Notes under the pieces: generated by a model
Told to the model about the DNA's origin: nothing
Database searches by the model: none
What the model saw: the letters and a program-made list of their open reading frames with translations, nothing else
Part shown: in pieces, positions 40,101-52,420 of the stretch
Layout of the letters: each line of letters begins with the position of its first letter
Position numbering within the stretch: position 1 is the first letter of the stretch
Assembly (NCBI GenBank): GCA_004431415.1
Contig: QPMI01000277.1
Span: 1 to 64,000, forward strand
DNA: 64,000 nt
Origin: Cyanophora paradoxa CCMP329
Taxonomy: Eukaryota > Plantae > Glaucophyta
Reading direction: 5' to 3'
Translations under genes and position numbers: made by a program

Positions 40101-42376
40101 CTATCGGACGGTGTGGGGGGCCTGGTCGTAAGGGGAGCGGCCGGGCCGGCCGGGGAGTCCGCGCGGCTTGTGGACCCGGGGAGGAGTAGGTCGCTCGGGG
40201 GTTTGCAGGAGGGCGAGCGGGACAGCTGCGCTGTGGGGCGACGGGAGGCTCTTGCGCGGGCTGACCCGCTCTGCCTCGGCGCGGAGCTTGGACGCAACGA
40301 GGGTCCGCGCCGCCGCCGCGGGGTCGGACGAAGGCGGCTTGTCAGGCACCGGCAGCTCGTGGATCGCGACTCCCTCCTCGAGCTGCGAAGGGCGTCGGCG
40401 AAAGAATACCGGACGGGGTCGGGCGGGCGCACTGTGCGGCCGAGCTCGCTGAGGCTGGCCCGGCGGGAGGCCCTCTCGACAGCGAGCCGCTCGTGGTGGA
40501 CGGCGGCGGCCGACTTGGCCATGCGGGCGGGCTCCCACGGCAGGCGCTGGCTCCGCGCCGTGTGACGCGCGAGGTCGTGGCGCGCGGCGACGCTGCTCAG
40601 GAACGGGTCCTTTGCGATGAGGCTCGCCGCCCCGCGCGCCGGCGGAAGCGTCACTCCGGGCACCGGCACCCGCCACGCCGCCTCCTCCCCCTCCCCCTCG
40701 GCCGCCACCGACGGCGGGGCCTGAGACCCTTCTTCTGCGCGCGCGTTGGAGCTGCAGCGCGGACAGCCTGCCGCGAAGCGGAGATCGGGGTCACGCACGG
40801 TTGGCGGTAGGGCCCGGCAGGCGGCGGCCGGCGGCAACGAAATGGGCCTCGGCGAGGGAGAGGTGGCGGCCGGTGCCGGTGAGACGCGCACGCTCATCTT
40901 CCTCCGCGATCACCTAAGAATAAAGAAACCCAACTTAAATGAGAAACGATTGCTTCTATATGATCGATAAAACGTGCGAACGTTCGCCAGGGAGGAGGTT
41001 AGCTGCTGGTAGCTCTTCGGCGGGTCTGCGCCCCCGGCCCCCCGCGGGGTCGCGCGGCAGCTGGGGCGGGGGGAGGGAGCGATGTACAGGGTTGCCAGTA
41101 CGCGCGGAGAGCGAAGACGGCTGTCGCGTGCGGGTCCTTGAGCGCCACCGATATGTACCAGGCGCTGCCGGCCCCTTCAGCACGGAGCGCCCCGGCGCCT
41201 GCCAGCCGCAGCGCCGGCGCCCGCACCAGTTGTTCTGCCGCCCTTTCAGACGGCGAGAGACGAACACGGCACAAATGAGCTACCTTGTATAGGGGCATCG
41301 GGGGGTCAACCTACGCGCCGCCGCCGTCAGATCGCGCCGCGCCGCCCTCGGGGGGCCCACCTGGAGGCGCGTCGACGAGCCGCCAAGGAACCAGAGGCGG
41401 GCGCCGGCCGATGGGACAGCGTGCGCCGGATCGTGCGATATGAAGCACCTGCGTGCAGCGTTCGAGGCGAAGGTGTGAGGGGGCCGGGGCGCGAACTCGG
41501 TCTCGCCCCGTAGGGTCATGTGCTCTGCACCGCGGCGATTAGCGTGTGGGATGCCAGCTCGGGTGATCAACTTCGGTTGCCTACGACGAAGGAGCACGCG
41601 CCGGCGCCGGTCTTCGAGTCCGCGAACCTGGCCGGCGCCGCGCCGGGGCGAGCGTCGGCCTCGGCGCTGCCGCTTTCTCGCGGGAGCGCGCACTTGATGC
41701 GGTAGGTGCGGGACGGACTCTCCGGCGTGAGCTGCAGTCGCACGTGGCGTCCGGGGACGAGGGCCGTGTACTGGATCGCCGCCACGCGCAACTGCACCAC
41801 CGCGTTCGACGCCCCGTTCGACGAGACGGCTGCAGGCGCGCCTGAGGCGACAGCGCGGCGGGCGGCGAGCGGAGGGTGGCCCCGCGCACCGATATTGAGA
41901 ACTGAGTTCGGCTGGGGAGCAGGTGAGGAGGGGGCGCGGGCGAGCCGGGCGGGGCCGGGACTCACCACGTAGCGGGGATCGTCCTCGAGCTGAGCGCGGC
42001 GTGAGGCGGGCAAGGCGACTGGTGTGCGGAGAGAAGGGCACCAGGAAGAGGCACGCCGTCTGCAAAGCTCGCACGCTCCACGAGCCCGAGCTTTCCTATT
42101 TAAGGGGGGGGGGGGGGGGGGGGGGGGGGGGCGGTCGCATTAAAGATCAGGAGGGGTCTGGCGGGACGGGCGCGACGGACGGGCGACGGCGTGTTGTTCG
42201 CGAAGGATGCGCAGAGCGTGAACACCGAGTCGCCTGGAATCGTTGAACGGGCGGAAGGGGGAGCGCGAGGCGCGCAGGGGCGAACCGTGCTTCGGCGCGG
42301 TGAAGTGGATGGAGAGAGGAGCCCGTGTCCTCACCGGCACTGAGACGTGCAGCGGCTCCGAGGGATCCTCCGGCAT
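40101..42376 (-). CDS. Hypothetical multi-exon protein
   Basis: Protein-like exon segments (VVQLRVAAIQYTALVPGRHVRLQL, WYISVALKDPHATAVFALRAYW, LIAKDPFLSS, LEEGVAIHELPVP) separated by intron-like spacers. No recognised domain; boundaries uncertain. Confidence 0.45.
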
Positions 42377-42617
42377 CGGGAGTGAGCACGAGTCCCCCAC
42401 GTGGAGAGCTGCGTCGCGGGTTACTGCAGTACCCGGAAGACCAGCGGGAGGGAGAAGGGGGAGGAGTGGAGGGGGGGGGGGGGGGGGGGGGAGAGGGGGG
42501 GGGGGGGGGGGGCAGCGGGCGCACTGCGTCGAGCGGACTCAGAGGGGCCCAGGACGGAGGAGAGGGCCGACGTGAGCTCGGTGAGCTGCGGAGGAGAGGG
42601 TGGCCTCGGAGTGAGCC

Positions 42618-43148
42618 TCAGGCGGCCATCGCGTCGGCGCTGCGGGAGAAGTGCACCTCCAAATCGAACTGCTCGGAGAAGCGGAGGAACAAATCGGACA
42701 GAGACGAGAACACCGCGAGCGTCAGGGGCCGGCGGGCAGGGGCGACGGAGCCCCTGGCAGCCGAACCTTGCGCCGGGCGGAGTCCGAGTGCGGGACAAGC
42801 AGGCGCCTCGACTTGCTCCCCATTCTCGCCTTCTGCGACTTTTGCTTCTCCTTCATCGCGCGCTCGAAACTACCCCTCGCGTCCGCCTCCGCCGCCCGGG
42901 CCTCGGCCTGTGCGGGGGAAAACGCAAGGGTGGGCTGGCGATGAAAATTGGACGGGTGGGCTCGGCACTTGTGCTTCCTGATCGTCATCGGCAGCCGCAG
43001 CCCCCTCCCTTAGAATCCGGTCTGCCTTTTCAATCCGGCCCTTGACGCGTTTCAATGTTGCGCTCCTAACCAACTCTTTCGCCGCTTTGAACACGGATTC
43101 GGGAGCGAGATCCGAAGATTTTGCCACGACATTCAGAAGCTCACTCAT
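42618..43148 (-). CDS. Hypothetical helical protein (5' end may extend towards about 43480)
   Basis: MSELLNVVAKSSDLAPESVFKAAKELVRSATLKRVKGRIEKADRIL..|AEARAAEADARGSFERAMKEK..|VFSSLSDLFLRFSEQFDLEVHFSRSADAMAA*. Confidence 0.5.
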
Positions 43149-43640
43149 ACGAGCGCTGCGAGAACCGAGCGCGTCAGCATAGGACTGCGTCTTATCATCA
43201 GCGTCTTATCCACTCGCCTGAACTGGCTCTCTGTGAGAGAGCCCGACGCGTACACTCCATTCGCCATTCGGCCACGCCCAGCTCTACCGAACATGCGCTG
43301 TCAATTGCAACAAGCGGCCCAGGTGATGGGATCGGCCTGCCTGGCAGTATTGATAGCAAACACAGTCTAGCTACTCACCCGCCCTCGCACCCGCCGCCCC
43401 ACTGCTCAGCTGGCTTGCACCTATTTCAGCCGCGGGTCGAGAGAGCCGAGCGATCGACGGCGGCTGACATGTACATGAGCAACTGCAAGAGCGACTGCTC
43501 AGTTGCGGCTGGCACCCGGAAGGCCCGACGGAGTCGCTGGTCGCCGCAGAGTAGGGGTAGAGACGCGGCGGACGTCGTAGGTCGGCGTACCCGCTCAACT
43601 TGCCGACTTGCAGTGCCAGGGCCGAGCCTGCTCGGCCGCA

Positions 43641-46600
43641 ATGAGCTTTTCGGTCTTTTCGCAGCCACAGCCACCAACAGGAATCGAGCATTGCGTGCGG
43701 GCGGCGTTCACCGGTCCCGACGATGTAAATCTCATCGTAGCGCGTAGCAGCGTCATCGAGGTCTTCCGCGTGATTGTTCGGGTTCGTACGCTCACGTCGC
43801 GCCCTTCGAGCACCCCGACCTGGCGCACCCAGGGCGTCGACGGCGAGCGGCTTGAGCTTCTCGGGCAGTACCCGCTGTTCGGCAATGTAGAGTCGATGAG
43901 AGTAGTGCGCTTCTCCGGCTTATCGACCGACTCGCTCCTCCTGGTCTTCCGCGAGGCGAAGGTGCCGCGCCCCATGGACTCACGGCCAGCGAGCCGAGGC
44001 CGCGGGGGCGCAGCTATCCATCGTCGACTGGGATGCGAGCACGCACGATTTGCGCACGGAGCAGATCTACTCGTGGGAGGACAAGCCGGAGCTGGATCTG
44101 AAGGCAAGCTGCCCTCCACTGGCGTGCCGTGGCGCTGAAAGGCGCGCGCGGCGCAGGACGGCCGGCACGACGCCGGAGCGATGGTGCCGATGCTGCGCAT
44201 AGATCCGCAGCATCGCTGCGGCGCCCTGCTGCTGCACGGCAGCCGCCTCGTGCTGCTGGCCTTCGAGGCCGGGGCAGCGGGGCCTAGCGGCTCGGGCCAG
44301 CTCATCGGGGACGACGACGAGCCCTTCGCGGATGCCAGCGATGCGCCGCATTCCGCGTGCGCCGCGCCACCCGCGAGAAGCGTCGCCGGCGCCGGCCTGA
44401 GCGCGGCGTGCGGGCAGGCGGACGCCCAAGGGGGCGGAGACTGCGGAGGTGCGTGCGGGGAGGCGGATCCGGTCGCAGCACATGGTGCCACTGGGGGAGC
44501 TGGGGGAGGCGCCGGGGGTGGGGCGCGTGGTGGACCTCTGCTTCCTGGACGGGTACCTCGAGCCGACGCTCCTCTTCCTGCACGCCTCAGCGCACCTGTG
44601 GGCGGGGCGCGCCGCCGCCGTCCCCCGCCGCGACATCGTTGCCGCCACCGCCGTATCCATCAACCTCCACGCCCAGCTCTACCCGCAGGCCAGCCGCCCC
44701 CGCGGCCCGGCCCTGCCCGCTCCTAACGCGACGCGGCAGATCTGGAGCGTGACGGGCCTGCCGTACGATTGCGAGCAGGCGGTGGGCGTGCCAGCGCCGG
44801 CGGGCGGGGCGCTCGTCCTGACGCCCCACGCGGCGGTCTACGTGAACGCGGCCGTGCAGCGGGCCCTCCTCGTCAACGGCTACGGCGTCGCGCAGGCCGC
44901 TGACGAGGCCACGTTCAGCCCGGCCGTCTCGAGCACAGGCCCGCCGCCCGCCCTCCCCCCTCGCGCGCCGGCCCGGCCACCCCGCGACGCGGCGCCGCAG
45001 ACACGGGGCTGACGCTGTTGCTGGACGGGGCGAGCGTGGCGTTCCTCTCGGGCGCGCCGCCCCGGGCGCTGGTCGTCCTCCGCTCGGGAGAGCTCTTCAC
45101 CCTCGCGCTGGCGGCGGACGCGCGGGGCGTCCGCGCGATGCACCTGCGGCGCGTGGGGATGGCGGTGCCGGCGACGGTCCTGACGACCATCCCGGAGCGG
45201 AACCTGGTGCTGCTCGGCTCCCGCCTGGCGGACGCGCTGCTGCTGTCGTACTCGGAGGGCCCCGCCGCGGAACGGGAGGCGGGAGAGAGCGAGCGGAAGC
45301 GGCGGCGCGTGGAGGGCCCCGAGGGGCAGGAGGAGGACGAGGGGGAGATGGAGCAGCTCTTCGGGGGCGGGGAGGGGGCGGGGGGCCCGGCGCGGGGCGC
45401 GACTACCCTCAAGTTCGCTGTGCGTGAGGTCCTCCACGTGGCGGCCCCCGTCGCCGACCTCGCCGCCGGCGAGGCGTACGAGCCGCCCCAGGCCGAACCC
45501 GTGCCGGCCCTTCCCCCCACCTCCCCTCCGCCCCTGAGCGAGCGCCGCAGGAGCCGGCCGCGGGCAGGAGCATGGACCTCGTCGCCTGCGTCGGCCGCGG
45601 CCGCAGCGGCGCCCTCTGCGTCCTCCAGGTGCGCCCCGCCCCGCGCGCGGTAGCGCGGCAGCGTGCGGCGGCGTCAGACGCCGCCTCGCAGCAAAGCGTC
45701 CGGCCGGAGGTGATCACCTCATTTGAGGTGCCCGGCAGCCGCGCCGTCTGGCTTCTCCACCACTCCCGTGCGGCCCGCGGCCCGCGCGTGGCCCCCCGCG
45801 GCCAACGCCGCCGGCAGCCGGGGGGCCGAGCAAGCAGCCGGCGGGGGCCGAGTGGGACGCGGACTGGCACTCGTACATGGTCATCTCCCTGGAGGACGCG
45901 ACGCTGGCCCGCCCCTCCGCCCCGGCTCGCCCGCCGCCAGCCGCCGACCAGCCCGCAGGTCCTCTCCACGGGGGACGAACTCGAGGAGATCTCCGACCGC
46001 GTCGACTTCTGGACTGCCGTGCGCCCAGCGCCGCGCCGGCCGCCCCTCCTGGCCTCGAGCTCCGCGCAGGGCAGGACGGTCGAGTGCGGCTCGCTCCTGC
46101 AGCGGCGCCGCATCGTGCAGGCGCGCGGGGCGTCTTGCGCGTCCCGCGCCTCGCCGCCCGCTGACAGACCCGCTCAGGTCACCCCCGCGTCGCTGCTTCT
46201 ACTCGACGGCAGTGCGCCCGGCGCTTCCTCGATGGCCGGCCCGCGCTGACCGCGCCCCGCAGCGCGGCTGGCGCAGGAGGTGACCATCGACGGCGCTGAG
46301 GTCGCGGCCGCCTCCGTCGCGGACCCCTACGTCATGCTCCTCCTGAAGGCGCGGCGAGGCCTCCGTGGCGTGTCCGCCGAGGGCCTCACGCGCGCGTAGG
46401 ACGGGAGCGCGCGGCTCTTCGCGGCGGAGGCGGCGGACGGGCGGCTTCGCGAGGTGGCGGTCGCCATGGCGCACCAGGGGCCGGCCTCCAGGGTGAGCGC
46501 GCCCCGCCCGGGGGCCGGGGGCCGGCCTCACGGGGCGGCAGGCGGACGCCATCACGGCTCTGACGCTGTACGCGGACGCCTCGTCGCCGGCCTTCGAGCT

Positions 46601-49600
46601 CCCCGGGCAGGGGAGCGTCGACGTTGGCGAGCTCGAGCGCCGCGGCGCCGCGCCGCCCGCCGCCGCCGCCGCCGCCTCCGACGCCGCCGCCGACGCCGCC
46701 GACGAAGAGGCCGCCCTTTACGGCGACAGCCGCCCCGACGCGCCGCCGGAGGGCGCGGCGGCCGGCTCCGCCCCGCCAGCGGCCGAGAGGGCCAAGGAGG
46801 CGGCAGTGCAGCAGCGGATTTTCTGCGCGGTGTGCCGGGCGAGCGGGCTGTTCGAGGTGCGCCGGGGCCGTCAGCCGGAGCCGGCGCGGGCGCCGAGGGG
46901 CCGGCAGATATACACGCTGCCGGACTTTGCGCTGGTCTTCGCCGCGCCGCGCCTCCCCGTCGGCTTCCCCCTCTACCGCCATGTCGCCTCGGCGGAGAAC
47001 GAGGTGAGGCGCGGCGATGCGGGCGGGCGCTGGGGCCGGGTGCGAGGCGGGCGGCAGGTGAAGGAGGCGAAGGCGGTGCGGGTGGTGGACCTCGCCCTCC
47101 ACCAGTTCGCCGACGGCACCTGCCCCGTGCTCGCCGTGCGCCGCGCGCCCCCCGCCCCGCGCGCTGCCGGCGAGGGGCCCCGCAGGCGCTTCTGAACACG
47201 GGCGAGCTGCTCCTCTACCGCTCCTTCCATTTCACGGAGGGCCCCGGGCCGGCCACCCGCCACCCCGGCCCCAGCCGCCTCCCGCTCCGCTTCCGACGCG
47301 TCAACTTCGGTCGGGGCCTCCCCGGGGCGGCCGCGCGCGCGCCCTACTCAGCGTTCCGCAGGGGTCGTCACGCGCTCGGCGAAGGCGGTGGCGCCGGTGC
47401 CGCCGGCGGGGGCGGCGGGCGGGGGTCCGCAGGGTGAGAGCCCGGGGAGGCTCGTGCGCTTCGAGAACGTCGGGGAGCGCTCGGGCCTCTTCGTCTCCGG
47501 CGAGCGCCCGCTCTGGGTCTTCGCCAAGTGCGGACCCCCGCCCCGCCCCTGGCGCCCGCCCAGGCCCGACGGCCTCCGCAGCCGGGGCCACCCGGTGGTG
47601 CACCCGATGCAGGGCCCCGTCCTGGGCTTCGGCGCCTTCCACAACGTCAACTGCCCGCGCGGCTTCGTCTCCCTCGCCGCCGTCCGCCCCCCGGCCGGCG
47701 CGCGCTTCGCTCCGGGGCCCACGCGCCGCCGCGCAGGGCGCGGTCCGCATCGGGCGTCTCCGGGCGGGCGTTGCGTACGAGCAGCCCTGGCCGGCCCGCA
47801 AGGTCGGCCCTACGCCGCCTGCGCCCGCCGTGGCTCTCACAGCCGCCCCCGCAGATCGCGATGCGCTGCACGCCGCACCTCGTCACGTACCACCCGGAGA
47901 CGCAGGTCTACGCAGTGGCGGTCTCGAGCCCCGCCCCGCCCCTCGCGAAGGAGCAGATCCCCACCGTGACCAAGATTGATGCCGCCACCGGCGAGGGTCC
48001 GCCCCCGTGGCCCGCACCCGCGGCCGCTGCCCAGCGTCCCCGGGCGCAGAGGTCTCGGCGCCGCTGTGGCCGGAGGCGCGGCCACGGTGCCCGCAGGCGG
48101 TGGACGACGCTTACGAGGTCCGGCTGCTGGACCCGGCGCTCGACTTCGCGGTGCGCGGGGCGGCGTCGCCTCCGTCGTGCAGGCAGCGAGGCGGCGCGCA
48201 GGTGCAAGACCGGTTCGCGATGGAGCGGAACGAGGCGGTCGTGTGCCTGCGCGCCGTGACTCTCAAGAACCTCGTCACCTCGCCGAGGCACGCTTCCGCC
48301 GCCACGGCCGCCCCGCCGGCGGTGTCGTGCCGGCCCGGCCCGACTGACGCGCTCCTCCGCAGCGGGCCAAACCTGCCGCCGCGACTCACGGACGCGGGCC
48401 CGAGACAGGTGCTGGCCGTCGGGACAGGCATCACAGTCGGGGAGGACCAGCCCGGCAAGGGCCGCGTATCCTCCAGCCGCCCCCGCGCCCCGCGTCCCCG
48501 GCCCCGCGCCGCGCGCCCCGCGCCCCGCTGCGGCCTTGACCCTGCCAGGTGCTGGTGTTCGAGGTGAGGCGGGGGCCGGCGGCGGACGGGGCGGGGCGCG
48601 GCGCGGCGGGACTGCGGTTGGCGTACCAGCGGGAGCAGCGCGGGGCGGTGACGGCGGTGGCAGCGATGGAGGGGTACCTGGTGGTGGGCGTGGGCCAGAA
48701 GGTCTACGTGTACATGTGGCAGAACGAGCAGGAGCTCGTGGGCGCCGCCTTCTTCGACGCCGGCCTCGCCACCGTCGCTCTCCACGCCGTCAAGAACTTC
48801 CTCCTCGTCGCCGACATCTTCCAGTCCTCCGCCCTCATGCGCTGGAAGGCCCGCCCTCGCGCCTCTCCCCGCCCCCCGCCTTCCGCCCACCAGCCGCCGC
48901 AGGAGGGCGAACAGCGGCAGCTCCTGCCCCTCGGGAAGGACTGGGAGCGCGCGCAGGCACGCCACGCCTCCGCCGCGCTCCGGGGGCCCGCTCACCGGCC
49001 GCCAGACGTACGCGGCGGAGTTCGTCATCGACCACACCTCCCTGGGGCTCCTCATGTCTGACCACAACAAGGTCCTCCCCGCCGGCCTCCTTCGCGCGGG
49101 CGTCCCGCGGCTCACTGCCGGCAGAACCTGATTGTTTTTAACTACGCCCCATCGAGTGCGCGGGCTGCGGCGAAGGGGGCGCCCTTCCGGCGTTGAGTTT
49201 GGGCTTGACGCGCGGCAGACGTCGAGTCGCGGGGCGGGCAGCGTCTCCTCCGTCACGGCCTCTTCCACGTTGGGTGCTTGCCCCGCGGGGGCCCCGCCTC
49301 CCCCCTTCACTCACCGCAGAGCTCCTGGCGCCAGATCCCGCATCAACAAGTTCGTGAGGCTGAAGATGGGGAGCCCCGGCGCGGGAAAAAGCGCAGCGGC
49401 GCAGAAGGCGACGCGGCACGCGCTCTTCTTCGGTGCGGCGGGGCGGCGGGCGGGGCGGCGGCGGGGCCTGAGGGGGCGGCAGGGACCCTGGACGGCGGCC
49501 TTGGCTTCGTGGCGCCCATCCCGGAGGCCTCCTTCCGCCGCCTGCATGCCCTCTCCGCCCGCCTCGTCACTGCCGTGCGCCTCGGCCGGGGCCCCCGAGG

Positions 49601-49967
49601 CCTGCCAGCCCACCCGCGGGACCGCGCAGGTCCCCCACTACGCCGGCCTCAACCCGTCGGCCTTCCGGTGCGCGCGCTGGCGGCGGACGGGCCGCGGCCT
49701 CTCATGAGCCCTGCGCAGGGCATTCCGCGGGGAGGTAGCGAGGAGCGATTGCGCGGCGCAGAACGTCGTGGATGGCGCGCCGCCGCCCCTCGCTGCAAGC
49801 GTGCTGCCCGAAAGCTGCAGGCTGATGCGGCCACAGGGGAGCTGGTCGCGGCGTACGCTTTCCTGGACGGAAAGGAGCAGAAGGCGCTCGCGGCGTCGAT
49901 CGCCTCGAGTCCCGCGACCCTCATCGCCGATCTTGCCGAGCTGCAAGCCGCCTGCACCCTTTTTTGA
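43641..49967 (+). CDS. CPSF1: Cleavage and polyadenylation specificity factor subunit 1 (CPSF160)
   Basis: PPTGIEHC..F...NLIVARSSVIEVF, LFGNVESM, DSLLLVFREAK|LSIVDWD, LRIDPQHRC, FLDGYLEPTLLFL, LGSRLADALLL, LVACVGRGRSGALCVLQ, FHNVNCPRGF, GEDQPGKGR, GTLDGGLG, PHYAGLNPSAFR. Confidence 0.95.
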
Positions 49968-50260
49968 ACTCACCTCGCCCCCCCTCCTCCCCCCCCCCCC
50001 CCCAGTTCCCCCCTTCCCCCCTTTCCCTCTCCCTCCCCTGCCTACTCCCCGCCTCACTTCCCCCCGCACCCCCCACCCCCCTCCCCCCTTCCCCCCCCCC
50101 CCCCCCCCGATCCCCCACCCCGCCCTATCCCCACCCTCCTCCTTCCCCCAAGTCTCCTTTTTTTTGTCTTCCCTTGCGGACTTGCCGCCAGTCTCACGGG
50201 GTGAACTCTTTTCCGCGACCGGCGAGGGCGCGGCGAGCCGGCTAGAAATCGCGTGGGGCT

Positions 50261-52217
50261 TCAGCCGGGAGGGGTCGGGGCGGGGTTCTGGGCCGGGAGC
50301 CGTAGCAGGGCCCCCGCGGCGCGCTTGACGACGTCGAGCATGAACGCCCCCGGGAAGCGGCCGAGCTCGCCCTGCGCGCACGCCGCCTCCGTGAAGCGCC
50401 GCGCCCGCCCCCCCACGCCGCCAGGGGCGGGAATGGGCCCCACGGCGAAGGGGACGGGCTCGTGCGAGTGGTCTCCAAAGTCGACGGGCGTGCTGTGGTC
50501 CCCCGTCACGCACACCACGAACTGCGGCGTGGTGACCCCGGGAGAGGCGCCCCGGGGCCGGCGGGCGACTGAGGCGACCTCTTCGGGGCGGTGCGGGGGC
50601 CGGGAGAGGGCGTCGAGAAGGGAGGCGACCATGGCGTCGCAGCGCTCGAGGAACTCCACCTGCCGCGTTCGGCAAGCGCGCGGTCGCTGGGCGGCCGGCG
50701 GCGAGCAGCGCAGGAGCGTGCCTTGAGCGCCGCGTTTCTGTCGTGGCCCGCGTCGTCGACCGCCTTCACGTGCACGAACCCAAAGTCGTAGCCAGCATCG
50801 CCCGCTCCTGCGCCAACCCTCGCGAGCCGAGGTGGGGTGATCCTCGAGCGGGCGCACGGGCAAAGAGCTCGGCCGCGGCGCGCGCCTTGGCCTGCAGGTC
50901 GGTGTGGTAGTCCCCTGTGGCGCCGGGAACGGCCTCGACGTCTGCCGAAGGTGTCGCGGCGACCGCGCGCGCGGGTGGCGCAGGCCGCACGCATGCCGAG
51001 GGAGATGCCGAGGCCGGCAATGATGCAGGTCGGGGCGATCATGAAGGGCCGCAGCCCGTGCCGCTCCTCGAAGGGTTCCACCTGCGCGGGGCGGCCGGTC
51101 GGTGGCGCGCAGGCGCCCGGCGGAGGCCGGCTGCGTGCGCCGCCAAACCGAAAGGCGGCAGCCGGGGCCGCGCAGGAGAACCGCGTTGGCGGGGTTCTTG
51201 CCGGCGGCGACGCGGGCCGCGTTGATGGGGTGCGTGCGGAGGCGATGCCGTATGCAGTCGCTCAACTCGTTCACGAGCCGCGCCGTGAGCTCCGCCTCGC
51301 GCGACTTGTCTAAGGGCACCGAACGCTCGAGAGGCCGTCTGCGAGCGCTCTCAGAGGCCGCGGCGGCTGGCAGCGAAGGCATGTGGGGCCGCGCCCGTCC
51401 ACTAGGGGGTCAGTGCCCCCAATGGCGTCCGTGATGTCGGGTCCAGATATGCTCAGGCCGCACCTGCGCCACGTCTCAGCGAACGGAGGGCCTTCTCGGA
51501 TTCGAGCGCCCCCCTCGTTGCGCACCTGTGCTCGGTGGCGTATCTCACCGTCACCCTGTGCTGGGGGAACGATGGAAGTGGACTGCCGTCGTAGAAGGCA
51601 TCAACTCAGCGAAGGCTTCGCGCACGCGCGCACGAGCGCGCACAGTCCGTCGAGGGCCGCGCAGAGCTCCGGCCCGAGACCCTCGAAGTTGCGGTCCGCG
51701 CGCCGCTTCACAACGATTTCCGTTTCGTCATCCACGTACGCAAAGTTGCACTGAACGCAATGTGAGGCGTCGCCCGGCAGCGCTGCGCAGGCGCCGGACC
51801 TTGAATGCCACGTCGCCGGCGCTCATAGGGAGGCCCGCCCCAAGCGACTCGAACGCACCGCGGCCCCTATAGTACCTTGGACGCGAGCGCGCGATCAGCA
51901 CGACGAGGCGCGATGCGCGCGGAGCGCCGCGCTCACTGCCAAGGCGGGTAGCCGAGCATCGACATGTGCGCCGTGTCGCTGCCGCACGCCAGCCCTGGCT
52001 GAACGGGGTCCATCAGGCCCACTGCGCCACTCTCTGTGCTTGCGCAGTCAAAGCGCGCGAGCGCGCTCGCCGAGCTCGCTCGCCGCCGGCTCGCACCGGC
52101 TATCGAGTCGAGCGCCGGGATGCGGGCGGCCTCCAGCGGAGAGCGCCAGCCGAGCCCCGGCACTGCCACATCCGCGATCCCGTCGATGCATATGACGAGG
52201 AAGCGCGCCCGCGCCAT
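50261..52217 (-). CDS. apgM: 2,3-bisphosphoglycerate-independent phosphoglycerate mutase, archaeal (ApgM) type
   Basis: LVICIDGIAD, SPLEAARIPALD, GLMDPVQPGLACGSDTAHMSMLGY, YRGRGAFESLGAG, DVAFK|CNFA, FGFVHVKAVDDAGHD, VTGDHSTPVDFGDHSHEPVP, GELGRF. Confidence 0.93.
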
Positions 52218-52420
52218 CGCAGCTGCACAGCACGACCGGCGCGAGGCGGCTGTGCCGCCGCGACAAGCTGGCGTAGTTGATGAGCGGGCCCGCAATAATA
52301 CTAGCTGAGAAGTTTTGCAGGCGATGCGTGCAGGCCGGCGCCGTCCTTCGTCGTGTTTGTTTTTTCGGTGGGGGGGTAGACGACAAGGAACCGAGCATAG
52401 CTTTCAGCAAGCAGAGCAGC

